From Tubulanus polymorphus (taxonomy: Eukaryota; Animalia; Nemertea), in the NCBI RefSeq assembly GCF_964204645.1, contig NC_134029.1, positions 7,092,750 to 7,156,749 of the forward strand: a stretch of 64,000 bases of DNA, in the 5' to 3' direction. Made by a program: the position numbers and the translations under genes. Positions 14,512 through 28,516 of this stretch are shown piece after piece. The stretch's first letter is position 1; each line of letters starts with the position of its first letter. The notes under the pieces were generated by a model that had not been told where the DNA came from, did not search any database, and saw only the letters and a list, made by a program, of their open reading frames with translations.

Positions 14512-15169
14512 ATGGGCCAAAATTTAAGCGTAGCTTATGCAATACTCCGACGTCTGATAAGGAAACGAAGCTGTTCATTTGCAGAAATTGCAGAAAAAAA
14601 TACCTACTCGGATTCTAATCAACGGCTATTGAATGGAGAGAATTTCGTTTAAATACGTAAGGCTTCTAGTAAGATGCTCTTTGAAGTAATGAAGCAGTAC
14701 ATAACGAGTCACTATCGTCGACAATCATCTCACTCTGTTTGTAGAATGGATTGATTACCGGAGTATGCGTGATCGAAAGATAAAAGCGTCGCAGACGAGT
14801 GTATGAATCTTTTTCCTCGGAAGCTTTCGACTTGTCTTTTAGCATTTGAGGTACGCATTACTGCCATTTTGCCTGATAATCACAAGGAGGAAAGTAAGAA
14901 TATTATCGAAATGCTTCGAAATTATACATATAAAGAATATTATCGATGATATTCTTAGTTTTCATGTACACATGTCTAATCAAAATTTCGAAGCATTTCG
15001 GTAACATTCTTACTTTTTTCTTGCGATAGTCAGGGCAAAAAGGCACATTCGTTTGACTATAAACCGTAAAAGTAAACGCTTATTTTGTTGAAAGATCCTC
15101 AGGTTTGAAAAGTCGAGAGCTTAAATTCGATAAAACATAGTCGTGTATCCCGTTCAATACCATCGATCA

Positions 15170-15292
15170 CGCTTTCTTCCTGTAAATGATCTTAAAGTAG
15201 GGAGTTTCCCTGTTATTCGTATAGATTTCGATTGATTTGCTTTGATTAACCCACCACACCTGCCGGGCGCGAAACAGGGTGTTTGATTTAGA
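15170..15292 (+). repeat. Dispersed repeat family D, copy 3
   Basis: GATCTTAAAGTAGGG...ACACCTGCCGGG...CGAAACAGGG..TTTGATTT shared with the other copies. Confidence 0.6.
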
Positions 15293-16818
15293 AATCGGAA
15301 ATCGAAGTACAGATATCATATAGTTTGGTGTGTGATCGGCGGTCGAGTTTTATATAATTTTAATCAAAGTACACGATTGGAAATTTCGGTTTCGGTTCTT
15401 GTAATCGTCCAACTAGTCTGAACTGGCACGCGACTGATTGGGGTTAACATTGTTAGCTGCCTAATTTAATGCATCGAGATTTGGAAATACGTAACTATAC
15501 TATCAGTGTTGAAGATCATATTGTCAATTTTTCACATTTCTTGTCTATCTTCCTGTATAAGTCTATATACACAGACTCACTATTTTGGCACATTATGATA
15601 TGTAGACGATACCAAATTATCATAATTATTTCACTGTGGGTCAAAAACTTTATATGGAATTTGTCCAAATAACCGTAGTTTGCAAGAAAATAATGCCTGT
15701 AATCGACAACACGATATTCGTATGTCACATATAATTATGTTCTTTTCTCGGGACTTCATCTGCGGATGAAATCGGAGCCGAACAAGTTTTTAAGAACATT
15801 CCAGCTCAGTCGGAGACGGAAAATGTTTTTCTATTAGAGCTATTTATTAAGTCTGTAGACGTAATTCAATTTGTACAACACATGGAAACGTCTCGCTCGT
15901 AACTGCTTTTTCGTAACTTTATTCTGGCGAGAGAGACGTCGCGTTTCTTGTTTTTACGTTAATGTTCTATAAGGACGCAAGATATTATGGAAAACTAAAC
16001 GCTTGCATAAACTACACGGTGGATAAAAGCCGATACGTCTTCCAATTAACAACATTTCTGGCAACGAAAATCTACCAAAGACACTAAAATACTGAACAGT
16101 GCCTCGTCGTTTTCTATTTTGTTGCACGACCGTAATTTGTACTTTGGCTAATAACTGAAAATTAAGGTTTTGTTGTTATTCGATTTTAACTATAGTAGTT
16201 ACTGATTTTCTCACCATACATCTCGATACACATATTCATATTGTTGTGTTTACGTTGAACCCGATCGGCAGCAGTTTCACGTTACCTTTCCTCGAGTGGC
16301 CCATATTCAACGCATCTTCTTTTACCGCGATTGCATCGTCTTTTGTGTTTTTATCATTTAAATTATTGCGCTCGGACGGTTTTAGAGTTTAGTAAACTCT
16401 CCCTCAAGATCGTAAAATGCGATTGAATAGCGGCGGGTCGTCGATGAAATTATTGTGTTTATCTTGAAAGGAGAAAGTAACGCGATAGTAAATTAGACGG
16501 CAGGTGGGGTTATTCAAGGAGCATTTACCTGAAAATGTAATTGCTTCGGAGGTTGTTAACTACGAGAGACGATTTGAATATCTACTTCGATCAATCGAGA
16601 GATCTGTACTGACGACGCATATTTCATTGAACCTAAAGAGCAGTAGTACATCATTGCCTTCGTGTCAGAAATCGGCTATAGATTTTGCCATTAGCTGTTA
16701 TTTAGTCTGCTAGACGCTGTTACTCTGCGTTGCCTATACGGATCGAATCCTAGATATAATTCGGCTACTAGTCTATGATCATAAGTTCGTGGTTCTAGAA
16801 AGTGACTGCTGCTGCAGC

Positions 16819-16870
16819 TGAGAGCGAGATGAGAGAGAGAGAGCGAGCGAGAGATCCATAATGAGAGAGA
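16819..16870 (+). repeat. (GA)n-rich tract, possible regulatory element
   Basis: GAGAGCGAGATGAGAGAGAGAGAGCGAGCGAGAGA in a CpG-rich neighbourhood. Confidence 0.5.
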
Positions 16871-19800
16871 ATTCACGCGAGATTGTTTTCCCTCGGTTGA
16901 CGTAGGTGCGGCCGGTATTCTGTCTCGTGTGAGGATGTAATTCGAAGATTCAACAAGTTTGACATCTTTCGCCTCGCGAGAATCGTTGCTTGGCAAGCAG
17001 ATCGCGTATGCGGTTGACTTAAACGAAGTTTCATTTTCAACAGTCATCTATCTCATCGCGGCGGTTTATTTATCTAATGTAGCGTCGAATTTGATCAATC
17101 TCGACAGCGAATGTGACTTTTGGAGTCTTCTCAGTTGTATAGGGATTAGACCCCGCTTGTACAATTCCAGGTTGTACAAACCTTGCCCACACCGATGATA
17201 AAAAGTCCAATATATAAAGATTATACAATAAAACAAATTCAAACGTATTCTAAACCATTCTAAATTGCATTCTTCGCAAAAGATCTTCTTGGAATTAAAA
17301 TCAAGGTACTATTGTCCATTTTTTAAATCTGGGGTGGTCAGTGCTATGTACAACAGGACAGATATTTGAACAAATACGAATTGTATAATCGTAATGGACT
17401 GATTTTTATACGTTTTCCCTTATGGGAATTAAATCTCATCGTAAATCAAACTACGTACGTGTTTCGTTCAGTTTATCAATCCGCGATTTCTGACAGTTCT
17501 TCTCAGGCGCAGACGACAACCGAGCTAATTATACCTGCAGCGAGAGAGATCCGACGTTCATTAAAGGATAAAAAGAGATTCGGCAATTTTCCCTGCATGC
17601 TTTTCAACGACTCGTCGTAGCAGGTTTATAACCTATTTACCTGTAGCTTAGTGTCTGATAATAATTGTGATGAATGATTTTCAGTACAGGTCATCTGGGT
17701 CCTTATATTATGATTATACGTAATAATTCATTGTTCCCGCATAAGTTGTATAACCTCACATTAGGGCGTCGCGTCAAACCTAACTGAATGATGGGTTTTG
17801 TCTAAACGCTATAAAAATCGGTAATCTTTTCAAAAAGGTTTTTTGCCGTCGTTCAAGCGAGCTGCGGATTTTCGGCGTTAACAAACCTGCCGTTCGGGGA
17901 ATAATCAATTTTCATCAGTACAGAAATTCGCAGAAATCCAATAGCAATCCCTTTGATTTATCAGTCAGTGTTGTGTAACACGACCTCCGAGGTATCTGGA
18001 ATTTCATTCGGATTAAGTTCGATTCTCGTCTCGTGCGGTTCGCTGAGGAATCACTTGTAGAGGCTCGAACTTTTTTTTAATTTAAGCCGTTTTACGAAAC
18101 CAAAGGCAACCATGATTCGCACCTGAGTGTAAAAAGCGAGTGGCTTCATTATGGGAAAATTGCGTTTGTTAATTTTACATCAAAGTCGCCGAAGGAAAGC
18201 CACGTTGCGTTGACTGGCTGGGGAGATTTCCATCATCAACTGAATTAAGCTGTCTGTTATTTTGCTTGTTCAATACGATACCTACAACCCATAGCAGACA
18301 CCTATGCATGCGTAATCCCCATTTCATGAAATTTGGATACGGACGTTTCATCTTTTTTTTGTAAATAAAGTTCCTACGTGCATTAGCACATGTTGCAACT
18401 GATCTTTGATTGTCTAGAGCACTTAGAAAATTGAAATATTGTGTACAATGCGCCTTGCAGAGCAATGTACGCAGTTACATGGCTAAACCGCACACTTTTC
18501 TTTATTTATTAAATTTTTATTAAATCTATTTTTATCTTTTTTGAAAATTTTTTAGCATCTAGTCGCTAGCAATAAATGTGGATTATAGGCTAACCCAAGG
18601 GCCCTGCATGCAAGGTAATTTTCAGGCAGCACGTAGGCTCACAAATTCCGAAACACTAATCTATAAGCTATCTTATCACATGGAAAACAAGTCTCTTCGA
18701 TTGTGAAACAGCACAGTGAGACGGTAAAGAAACTTTGAGGGTTATTCTTTTCATTCGCAATGATTTCTTTTGTCGGAGAATATGTAACATATTTCAGTCC
18801 ATACGACAGCTTGAGTGCCAACAAAATAAACGGAAATCCTTTTGAATTACTGTCGTATAGAACAGAATAAAAATCACCTCAATAGCGATATACATGTGTA
18901 GTTATTAATGGCATGAATGCGAATAAATTCTATTTTGATCAAGGTTGTCAGCGTTTCGACAGAATATAATCCGCGTATGGAAGTGAATTTGAGGTAAAGT
19001 TCACCGATATCCATGTAAAAATGCTTTCAATCAACTCTACACGAATTCGCGCTAATTCCATTTGACAAGATCGGCTTTCATATGATAATATTTCATTTGA
19101 TATTTTTGATTTACATCACCACTGATATTAAACAATTTCACTTTCACTCGAGTCTATACGGCTATCTTTCAATTTAAACATGTTTTGATGTCGTTGTCAA
19201 AACATGTCACTAATTAATCAAATTTATGCGGCTTTAAATTCACCATGGGCATTAATCAGATATTACGAGGCCTTTTCTGATTAAAAACAATGTTTTATTA
19301 TCTTCGGGCCGGAATTATGAAAGAATCAGAGATAATTCGGATCGTTCAGATCGTTCAAATGGTCTTCATTTGTTAGGTATTTCGATGAAATACCTTGCGT
19401 GTGGGCCAGAATGCTCTTGACATTTGGAGCCCTAACAGGTCAGAAAGTTATTCCGATACCCATGACCCAGTTCCACGTTTGGTTGAGTTGTTTAGATTGA
19501 GTAATAAAAACAACTATAAGCCAGTGACGTACATCCTTCATTTTCCTATTACTTAGACATCAGGAAAAAAGGACATTAGTCGAGCTTCCGCAAAGGCGAG
19601 ACCCTGGAGTGCCGTAGGCGCTAGAATCTTCCTAGAAAGGATGGCCATTCCCTCGTAAAATTTTAAAGATCAGAGGCATCCACATGCAATGTATTCTAAA
19701 CTCAGGATTGGCACTAAATGCCTATTACAGGATTTTGGACCATTATTCCACAAAATAGATACATTTTTGGACTTTTTAAAAGATTCATGTTTTTCATTAC

Positions 19801-22800
19801 TAATTGTCGGACCTGATGGCTACTTCGATTACTACCAAAAGTGTTGGATTTGCCTGTGTACGAACTGGACTGAATGAATGAACCGCGGTTATTCATCCTG
19901 CGTGTGACGTGTACGCACTCACGTCTTTACTGCGATTGTGCCAAATGTGACGTATACGAAGCCTCTGATTATTACGGGAATATATCCTGGGGTGCGTATT
20001 TTCCGAACTCTGCATTGTGTTTTGCGTCAAGAATGCCATTAATTACTCGGCAACACAAACCGCCTGCAATATAAGAGCTATAAGGTTTCCGCGCCTTTTA
20101 AAGGCTGTAATTCATTCATTCGTTGCGCTCTGAGGGAAATACGATGTTTTTAGAGCGAATATAGCCGGCAAGTTCTCGCTATTGTTTGCTGAATAATTTC
20201 CGTCACAGATACGTCGCTTCAACTCCTGTTTTGTTCTATGTCAGCGTTAAGCCTAATTTTTTTCCAATCCCGAAGTTTTCAGAATTTCAAAAATCCGATA
20301 TACGCCTTATCGTATCAATGTTTGCCAAAAGATTTCAAAACATTTTCTCTCAAAGATGGAGAATTGCCAACGGATAATCCCCCCCGTGACCATCATTCTA
20401 GGTACCGATTACGTCAAGAGCTACCGTGTCAGATTTTTTTTCAAGCGGACGAGCAACATTCCAGGAGAATGTTCAATACGATTCAAGGAAGATAACGGAA
20501 AGATTTCAGATTACATTTTGCGATAATATTTCTAGACCTATGAGCACTCACGTGAGCCGAAATGATCGATCGGCTGCGGGCGATCATCCAATATCAACGA
20601 AATGCAAAACGTATTTACTACTGATTTATTGCAACGAAAAAGAAAATCAACGTTGGTCGCCTTTTCGCTCGAGAACCCGTTTCACCTGTCTATGATCCGA
20701 TGACCAATCTATCAATTGGAAAGAAAATCATAACCCTCCAGAAGCGAATTGAATATGAATTGCTCGGTCCTCATTCGTATTCATTTTTTGTGCTAGAACG
20801 CGTCATCCACTTCGGTTAATCAGAAATTACGAAATCGGACGAGAAAAAGGTTTTTATTTCGGTTTTTTTTGCCTCTATGCATCAGTGTGCTAAACAACGT
20901 TACCTTAACACAAAATACACTCAGAATGCAACAGAGCTAACTGTAAATATGGGGAAAGTCTAGAAAACCCAGAAAATGGCGCCTGAAATCCTAGCTTCTG
21001 CAAATGCGAGTTAGGTACGCGCGGGATTTCCGCACAATTTACACTACATTGCTAGTTGATAAATGAGCGAAATTCGATGCCGGTTTTAACCGAAACCTTT
21101 GTCCACTGTCGATAAATTTGATGTATTGCATCGTATGTTCTGATCGAATCGGAAAATAGCGTCAAAAACTTTGATAAATAGGCCCCGTATTCATTTTGAA
21201 AACAGGCGGATTATAGTCTGATCAATCGGAACAAATTGACGAACCAGAATTCAACCCAGATATCTCCGATCCTCGATTGAGATATCTGTAGCGTAGATTC
21301 TCAAAAATAGCGTATAAAGATGAAGAGTCGAAGAGGATTCTTATTCAAACTCCTTACAGGAAAATGTTTGTGTAATCCTGCAAGCGATTCATTGCTTCAT
21401 AGTTTGAGTTTCCCGCACAGCTAAACGGGATCGCACAATAGCCGGTTGCGCTTCGAGCCCTCTACAATTTTCTCCATACCGAATATAGTTCCGGGGGCAA
21501 TAGTATGCCTTAAAGATGTTCATCTCCTGTCAACGGGAGAATGGAAGTGTATAAATGACAATGTATGCTAGTTGCAAGACGGCATATTAAGTTGTCCCCA
21601 CGAATCAAGGTTTGTTGTAAGTATTCTGTTTGGTATATATACGTATATCACTGCTAAGAGCGGTATGTACATCCATATGATCCTTAATGGTTACTGCTTC
21701 ACCTGTGTCGTTTAGATATCTACCGCATATCTAGCCAGGCTGTCTCGTGACAATCGTTAAAGTGGCAATCTTCATCGATACACGTGGAGCATCCAGATTA
21801 CCGTGTTCCGAAAGATTACTGCCAGTGATGCAATGATATCCCATTAGATCAACATTTGTACAGTTCATTAGCGACACCGAGAGCCATACACGCAAACGCC
21901 TCCGGTGACCTGATATTTGAACGAAGTGAAGAGGCGACTTTTTAAAGTTGCCATAGCTTTGTACCAGCATAAAATGAATGGCATTAATGATATGTGGAAG
22001 GGATTCAATAGTAGGATCGGGCCGTTCAAGGGCAGCGAGATATATGTATATATAAAACCCGTGAAGATAATCGTATTTTCAAATCCAAAGCTGGTAAGTG
22101 GGAGAATTTCAAAACTGACACTATTCACCACTTTATGGTTATACCCTCCGAGTAAAAATAGACTTAGAATACGTAAAAAATCCCGCAATTAAGATAAATA
22201 CAAAAGGCGATCATCAGGCATACTCAAGGTATGATCATGGCAGAATAATACCGAAACGTTTCTCGATGATATGTATTCATTTACGGCAGAACCTTTCGTT
22301 TTTTCCGGAATTTGTCAGTGGGAGTTTTACGTATACATCTTGCACGGGAATCTTCCTGACCTATATAGGCTTAAAATCGCAAGACGGGCCGTCATGTTGA
22401 TAGATTTATAAAGTTCATCAGCGACGCCAAGATTATCGCGGGACCTCTTTTACTTCGGCAAGCGGATGGACATGCCGGCCAATCCGGACGCCGTCACGGC
22501 AAGCAAAGGACGTACCAGGAATAGATGTAGACATTAGTGATAGTCTATCCATTCCAAAACGTTCTAATAAAAAAAAAAGTATATGATTCTACACATGCGA
22601 CGATAGAATATTGTACTTTGCAGGGGTTTTCCAACGATGAAAATCAATACAAAAGAACGAATTGCTTTCGAAGCCATTTTTATTTTGAGTAACAGAGATC
22701 ATCAAAATTGCAATCGCCGAAACGGGCTATTATTTCGTATATCGAAGAACGTCAATCAAAATCTTATATCGATGATTGACGATTGACAGTCATCATCTTT

Positions 22801-24578
22801 CGACTGTTTCGTGCCGAACTCAAGTGTAATTCCACGCAGCAATCCATTTCATTAATTCCCCTCGAATCCATTTTATTAATTCACGGGCACCGAACGTCTC
22901 TCGAAAAACGCGCAGAAGCCAACAGCCGCTTCAGGTTATTGTGTTAATCGTGATTAATTGATTCAAAATGATTGATTGACTTCGGTTTTCCTTTAACCTC
23001 TAAATGTTTCACGCTCAGTGATTCGCTGATATTTGTTTTTAACGCGTTCATCCTAAAGGTGAAATGCATTAATTCCGACTTTCGATATCGAATACTCTCG
23101 CGGGAACCTATAACCAAAGAGATTTGGATTCGTTTTGTGGGATCGTTGTGCTTGCGCTTATAATTCATTCATTGGGACTAACAGAGTTAATTCAGGTCTT
23201 GAACGCTGAACACCTGACGTGAATTTTTGAGGTTACCGCTGGAACGACCTTCTAATCAGACAAAACAACAAGAATTGTCTATACTCGGTATCTTCAGTTA
23301 ATTAAGGCGAGTTACATGATTGGTTTTGCAGTTTCCGAGAAGTAGATATTCTTCAATTCTATACAGCAGTCTGACAAAACGTCAAATTCCAGCGATAAGC
23401 AACAAGACGGCAATATCAAGTGCATTGTTTTTCGATTCTTTTTATAAAAAGACTCTCTTTATCTACCCTTCAAAGAGTTTTCGACTTCGTCTGTCTAATG
23501 GGGATATTCTCGAAAAGTCGATCTTGCAAACATGAAACCATTATGTAAAGCATCTACTCTCGGTGATACACGTGTAATAGGATTTGATTTTTCAATTCTT
23601 TCCAACAGGACAAAGACGGCCGCTCCTGTACTGATGATCAAGTCTGATGGATGATCTATTCAGGGGGTGTCGTAAATAGAGACGAGATTTCCTCCGAAAT
23701 TTACTCCTTTTGTTTACTTTACGTCCGTTATGTGCAAAATAGCAAATAACACCAAACATACCCACAAAAGAAATAGAGGAAATAGAAAATAAGAGCGAAA
23801 AAATAAGGCTTCAAAATGACTGATCATAGCTGCACTCGTGAGAGCTTTACCTAAATCCACCACGGAGGGTCGGTGAACGCCACGAACATCGAAATATTGC
23901 AAACCATCTAAACTTTAAATCATAAGCGTGAAAAACATACGCACACGAGAACAGATATCAAATATCTGTTGAAAAGACTGTAACTAGATATCAACAAAAA
24001 TACCTATAGGAAATGAAATGAGAGTAATAAGAAGTACCGAGAAAGATAAAATAACACATAATTTTTGTAATATACAAAAGCAGATATAATCTTCAACACG
24101 GGATATTAATGGGGCTTCGTGCAACATCTTTTCATACAAAGAACCCTTCCTAGAGCACAAGCAGCAGGTAGCTTTTTCGTGCAGATGACTCGAGTCTACT
24201 CTTCCAGATCAAAGAGTACAGTCAGTAAATGTTGTAATTTAAAAATATGAACAAATTCTACGACGAATTTTCTAAAGCTTCCCGGATCGTGCCGTAAATC
24301 TAACAGTACCGCAATACTGCGGGATAGCCATCAACTTTTTAGGCCCAATTAAATTAGACCGCAGTTTGGTTGCAGTTCAGAACCGTCATTGCTATGATGT
24401 TTATTCGCGAAATTGATTGAAACTCACGCGAAGATGACTCGAATGCTAATATATCTACTGTATAACCGTTACGTACATTGTATTTTCTAGTTATATCATT
24501 TCTTCGACAACATTCCTGATAACATTTTTTCTGTTCCGTTCTTAAAATCTTAAGAGTAATGTGGAACAGGCGGTTTTT

Positions 24579-24964
24579 AGGCCATTCAAAAATGAAACCG
24601 TGTTTCTCATCACCGCGTGCGCGCGTCGGAAAATCAGTGACGAAAATCGTGGAAAAATGAAATGAGCGCTCCCGCGTCTAGAGTAATTATGTAAGTTAGT
24701 TTATGTGAAAAATAAAATACGCCCGCCTGCATCAATAAATCTGTGTTCGTATTATCCTTTCTCCTTTTTTGTGCTCGGAAATGGATGGAAATGTTATGAA
24801 ATGTGCTTTGTCGGCAATGAATCAGGTGATTTCGGTAACGACAATCCAAAAGCACAAACTTGATTTCAAGGTTTTCTAAACTACGTAAAAATAAACAGCT
24901 GCCTCCCTAGTGACTTTTGAGAAACCAGTGTGATGAGAAATACGGCATCAATTTTAAATGGCCT
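24579..24964. mobile_element. MITE with ~35-bp TIRs
   Basis: AGGCCATTCAAAAATGAAACCGTGTTTCTCATCAC / GTGATGAGAAATACGGCATCAATTTTAAATGGCCT. Confidence 0.75.
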
Positions 24965-26236
24965 GTGGGAATCCAACCGCTAGTGTGTATGTAGTCTGAT
25001 TCAAGTCACAACCGACGCCGAAATCAAAAGATAATTGGAATACATACAAAAATATAATAAACCGAAAAATCATTTGATCATGTAGTGAGATAATATAGAT
25101 TCCAATGAAGTAGAATCACGGGGACCACTTTTACTCTTCTTACCAGGAGTTACCGTAATAGAAACCGGTTCAACCATTCCCTAGTAGCGACGCTTTGATT
25201 GGTCGATTATTTGAAATAGTTCGTATCTGAGCCAATAACAGATCGTTTCACCTGAGATCTCTTACAGATACTTAGTTCCTGCCCCAAAAAGATCGCGCGC
25301 TTTGTCGAGGATTTCCGAAGTTGGAGATTTTGCACTTCACGTACATCAACGTACATGTAATCAATTTCGTGCGGATATTTGGAATTTAGTTGTGTTTACC
25401 TGATATTATTCGACAATTATCTCTTATATACCGACAATGACTTCGATTAATTACCCGTGTTGTCTTACGATACGGAAACTAATAAACGTTTGGTTCGTGG
25501 CGTTTAATTTTATTCGACGTGGCATCTCGCTATCTGTTCGGTTGTTGTCGCTACATTAGGGGACATAAAATACGATATACGCAAAGTTAATATTATGGAA
25601 TCATGTCAAATTTACGAAGCATAGAAACAATAACAATAAATTATACGAATGTGCGTTCGGTTCCCAGACTATCGCTAGAGAATCTGTCCGGTATATTATT
25701 GCTGGAGTGTTTATTCTTTCCATCAAAGCAAATAGAACATAATGACGTTAAGAATTTTTTCTACGGGGTTTTTAAGTGTCGGGCGCAATTACGCCATATA
25801 CGGCAGAATTCGACCGAACATATAGGGATATTGCGTGATCGTCCATTTGGAATAAATTGGCGCGCACGAAGAATTATTCGAACCACGAAAAAAATAACAA
25901 TTGGTAACGTCGCATTCTATTAGCGAGTGCGTCTATTAGTGTTTTCAGTGTTGGCGAAGATAGACAAATTCGAGAACTTAATAATGAGTTACATGTATGT
26001 TCTAGTAATGGAAATACTCGAACGTGATCAAGCACTGCGATGTTTCAGACATTTCAGACGTTTTTTTCTGCTTTTTTGTAAAGATTTAACAAGCAAAATG
26101 ACTAACTAATGCTATACAAATTGTTGTTAACTATTCGACTTTGGCGACAAATCTGACATTGCTAGACTACAAAGCTACTACACAAAAAAAACGTGTCATT
26201 TGCGTTAACGAGAAACATGGTTTCGGGGGAAACAAT

Positions 26237-26358
26237 AGCCGTGATCACACGGAGACGATTTGGCCCGGATCAGGCCCGAGTCAAATTTAGTCCATGCCTA
26301 ATTAGAGAACGCGTTCACACGTAAACCACTCACTCGATACTAAGAAATTTAAAAAAAA

Positions 26359-26455
<97 letters not shown>

Positions 26456-26740
26456 ATATTTTAAAGGTTTGTTCAGGTACAAAGTACATAGCAACACCAT
26501 AGTAATAATTGTTAACAAGAAAAGGGTCAAATCATGTACTAAGCATGTCATGATACTAAGCAATGCTTAAACGAAGCGAAGTGCCCCACTTCCGGAACCA
26601 GTTGCAATTCACACGCAATAATTTGACCCGTGCTCACATTTGGTCGTACCAAGTTTGACCCGGGCCCATCTGGCACCCGTGTGAACAGTTGTTCCCGACC
26701 AAATTTGGCACCGACCAAAAACGTTCGTGTGATCGCGGCT
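26237..26740. mobile_element. MITE (family E) with 3-bp TSD (AAT), interrupted by a (TA)n-containing segment
   Basis: TIRs AGCCGTGATCACACG / CGTGTGATCGCGGCT. Multiple subterminal TTTGGC(A/C)CG motifs. Confidence 0.75.
26359..26458. repeat. (TA)n microsatellite
   Basis: ~100 nt of nearly pure TA repeat. Confidence 0.97.
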
Positions 26741-27137
26741 AATGTGTCCGAGATTCCGTGTTTCTCTACGTCGAGTGCGTTGGGCTGATACGTGGCAAGA
26801 ATTCTCAACGATCATCGTGACTCCAAAAGACTAAACGGCTAAGCGTCATTCGTTATCTCATCTGAGACGGTACAAAGATTCCTGCCTCGGGCGCCACGCA
26901 CTGATAGGTATCATTATATCTGCTTGCGTATCATTGGATGATTGGATGGGAATTTAAAAATACATTTCTACGAGAGGGGAACCGTATTATAAAACTGATA
27001 CACAAAGGATAGAGTATTCCGGGGAATTGTTAATTCAGCATTTTGAAATAGTTTTCATCTTTTTTTGTAGCCGGAGATGGATCTGTAAGAAACAACAAAA
27101 GAAGAAAAAACAACAGAAAACAAATAAGAACGGAAAG

Positions 27138-28292
27138 ATGAATCAAACATCGTTGCTGAATGCTGATGATGTTAGACCCAATACTACTGATGTCGACTCG
27201 TCGTCCGTAGCTGGCGTGATTTCGACTGTCATTCCAGCGGTATTTGTCCGATATACGTGGACGGAGTTCGCTAGCGTACACGCGCCGCTGTCGATACAAG
27301 TGGACCGTTATTTGACGCCAATCATATACATAATAGGCTTAACTGGTAATCTTTTGGCACTGATCGTATGGATGGAGAAGCGTATGAGACAAAATAATTC
27401 ATCGGCGATCTACTTAGTGGCGTTAAGCTGTTCAGATTTCGTCTTCTTAGTGTTGCACATAGTAATTGAATTAAGGTACGCCTGGGGAATCCGAACACTC
27501 AGTTACCCAGTCGTCTGCGAGCTCTACTTCCTCGTCTATCTCGCGCCTCAATATCTGTCCCCTATTCTCGTGCTCGGTTTCACCGTCGAAAGGTACATCT
27601 CGATATGCCACCCGTTCAGACGCGAGAAATTCTGCACGACGAAACGCGCCACGAAGGTCGTAGCGGCGCTGGCGTTCGGCTCGCTACTGTTGTCGAGTGT
27701 CCAGGGTTACTTCTGGACTTACAACCCGGCGAAAAAAACTTGCGACATGCGACCAACCGTCGCCGAAGGCGGACAAGCTTCGATAAAATCCATTTGGAAT
27801 CTCGTAACCGAATTACTGATCTTTATATTCGTTCCGTTGTTCGTTCTTTTTTTCAACATCCTCGTTATTAAAGAAATCCACCACATAACGAAAACCACCC
27901 GCGCCCTCGACCCCGGCCACCACCACAAAGGAGCCGCCAGTACCATAATGCTTTTAACCGTCTCGTTTTACCTTATCATTACCGTGTTGCCGGCTACCGT
28001 TGTGTACCTATTAGAAACCACCATTTCAGAAGGTAATCATAACATGACCGATGACCAAATACGAAACGATCCTAGCTGGCAATCGTATATATTCTACATA
28101 ACTTCGCGAAAGATCGTCGAGGAATTCGCCTTGTCGCATTACGCTTGTAACATCTTCCTGTATTTGGCGACGGGACCGCAGTTTCGAAAAGCGGTTGTCG
28201 ACAACTTCAAAAGCGTGTGGAATTCGCGTAAGTCCAGCCTGGCGACGTATTCCGAAGTGCAAACGAGACACACGAACATAACGAAGGTTTAA
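27138..28292 (+). CDS. Class A (rhodopsin-like) peptide GPCR, FMRFamide/sex-peptide/myosuppressin-receptor-like, 384 aa, intronless CDS
   Basis: The ORF has seven hydrophobic segments. Motifs: TM1 GLTGN, TM2 LSCSD, TM3 C...FTVERYISICHPF, ECL2 Cys, TM5 FVP, TM6 TVLP, TM7 NIFLY plus helix 8 (QFRKAV). N-glycosylation sequons NQT and NTT follow the Met at 27138. A splice acceptor (ttttttgtag, ending 27070) lies just upstream, so the earlier part of the ORF-track entry is intron/UTR. Confidence 0.93.
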   Translation: MNQTSLLNADDVRPNTTDVDSSSVAGVISTVIPAVFVRYTWTEFASVHAPLSIQVDRYLTPIIYIIGLTGNLLALIVWMEKRMRQNNSSAIYLVALSCSDFVFLVLHIVIELRYAWGIRTLSYPVVCELYFLVYLAPQYLSPILVLGFTVERYISICHPFRREKFCTTKRATKVVAALAFGSLLLSSVQGYFWTYNPAKKTCDMRPTVAEGGQASIKSIWNLVTELLIFIFVPLFVLFFNILVIKEIHHITKTTRALDPGHHHKGAASTIMLLTVSFYLIITVLPATVVYLLETTISEGNHNMTDDQIRNDPSWQSYIFYITSRKIVEEFALSHYACNIFLYLATGPQFRKAVVDNFKSVWNSRKSSLATYSEVQTRHTNITKV

Positions 28293-28492
28293 TCGAACCT
28301 ATGCAAAATATCCGGGGTTTCAGTCAGTAGAGAAAAAAATTCATACGCCATAATGTTATTATAAGCACACAAGAACGACTCTATGTTGAAAAATATATAT
28401 TTTGTATTGTATAATACATGAACCAGTTGTATGATACAAGGCAATTTCATTTTTGATATCATTCACAAACAATTGACTGGAGGAGAATGTAC

Positions 28493-28516
28493 ATATATAT
28501 ATATATATATATATAT
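28493..28516. repeat. (TA)n microsatellite in the presumptive GPCR 3' UTR
   Basis: Directly visible. Confidence 0.9.

Noticed and set aside
1-26200. Numerous 60-120-aa ORFs in the left arm (and similarly in 46000-64000)
   Set aside because: Their lengths and composition are as expected by chance. I saw no conserved motifs or coherent exon chains.
27027-27137. N-terminal 37 aa of the 421-aa GPCR ORF in the track
   Set aside because: It starts at a non-ATG codon, spans a polypyrimidine/AG acceptor at 27070 and an A-rich UTR. The real start is ATG 27138.
27030-28271. Antisense and alternate-frame ORFs over the GPCR
   Set aside because: These are shadows of a GC-richer coding region with no recognisable motifs.
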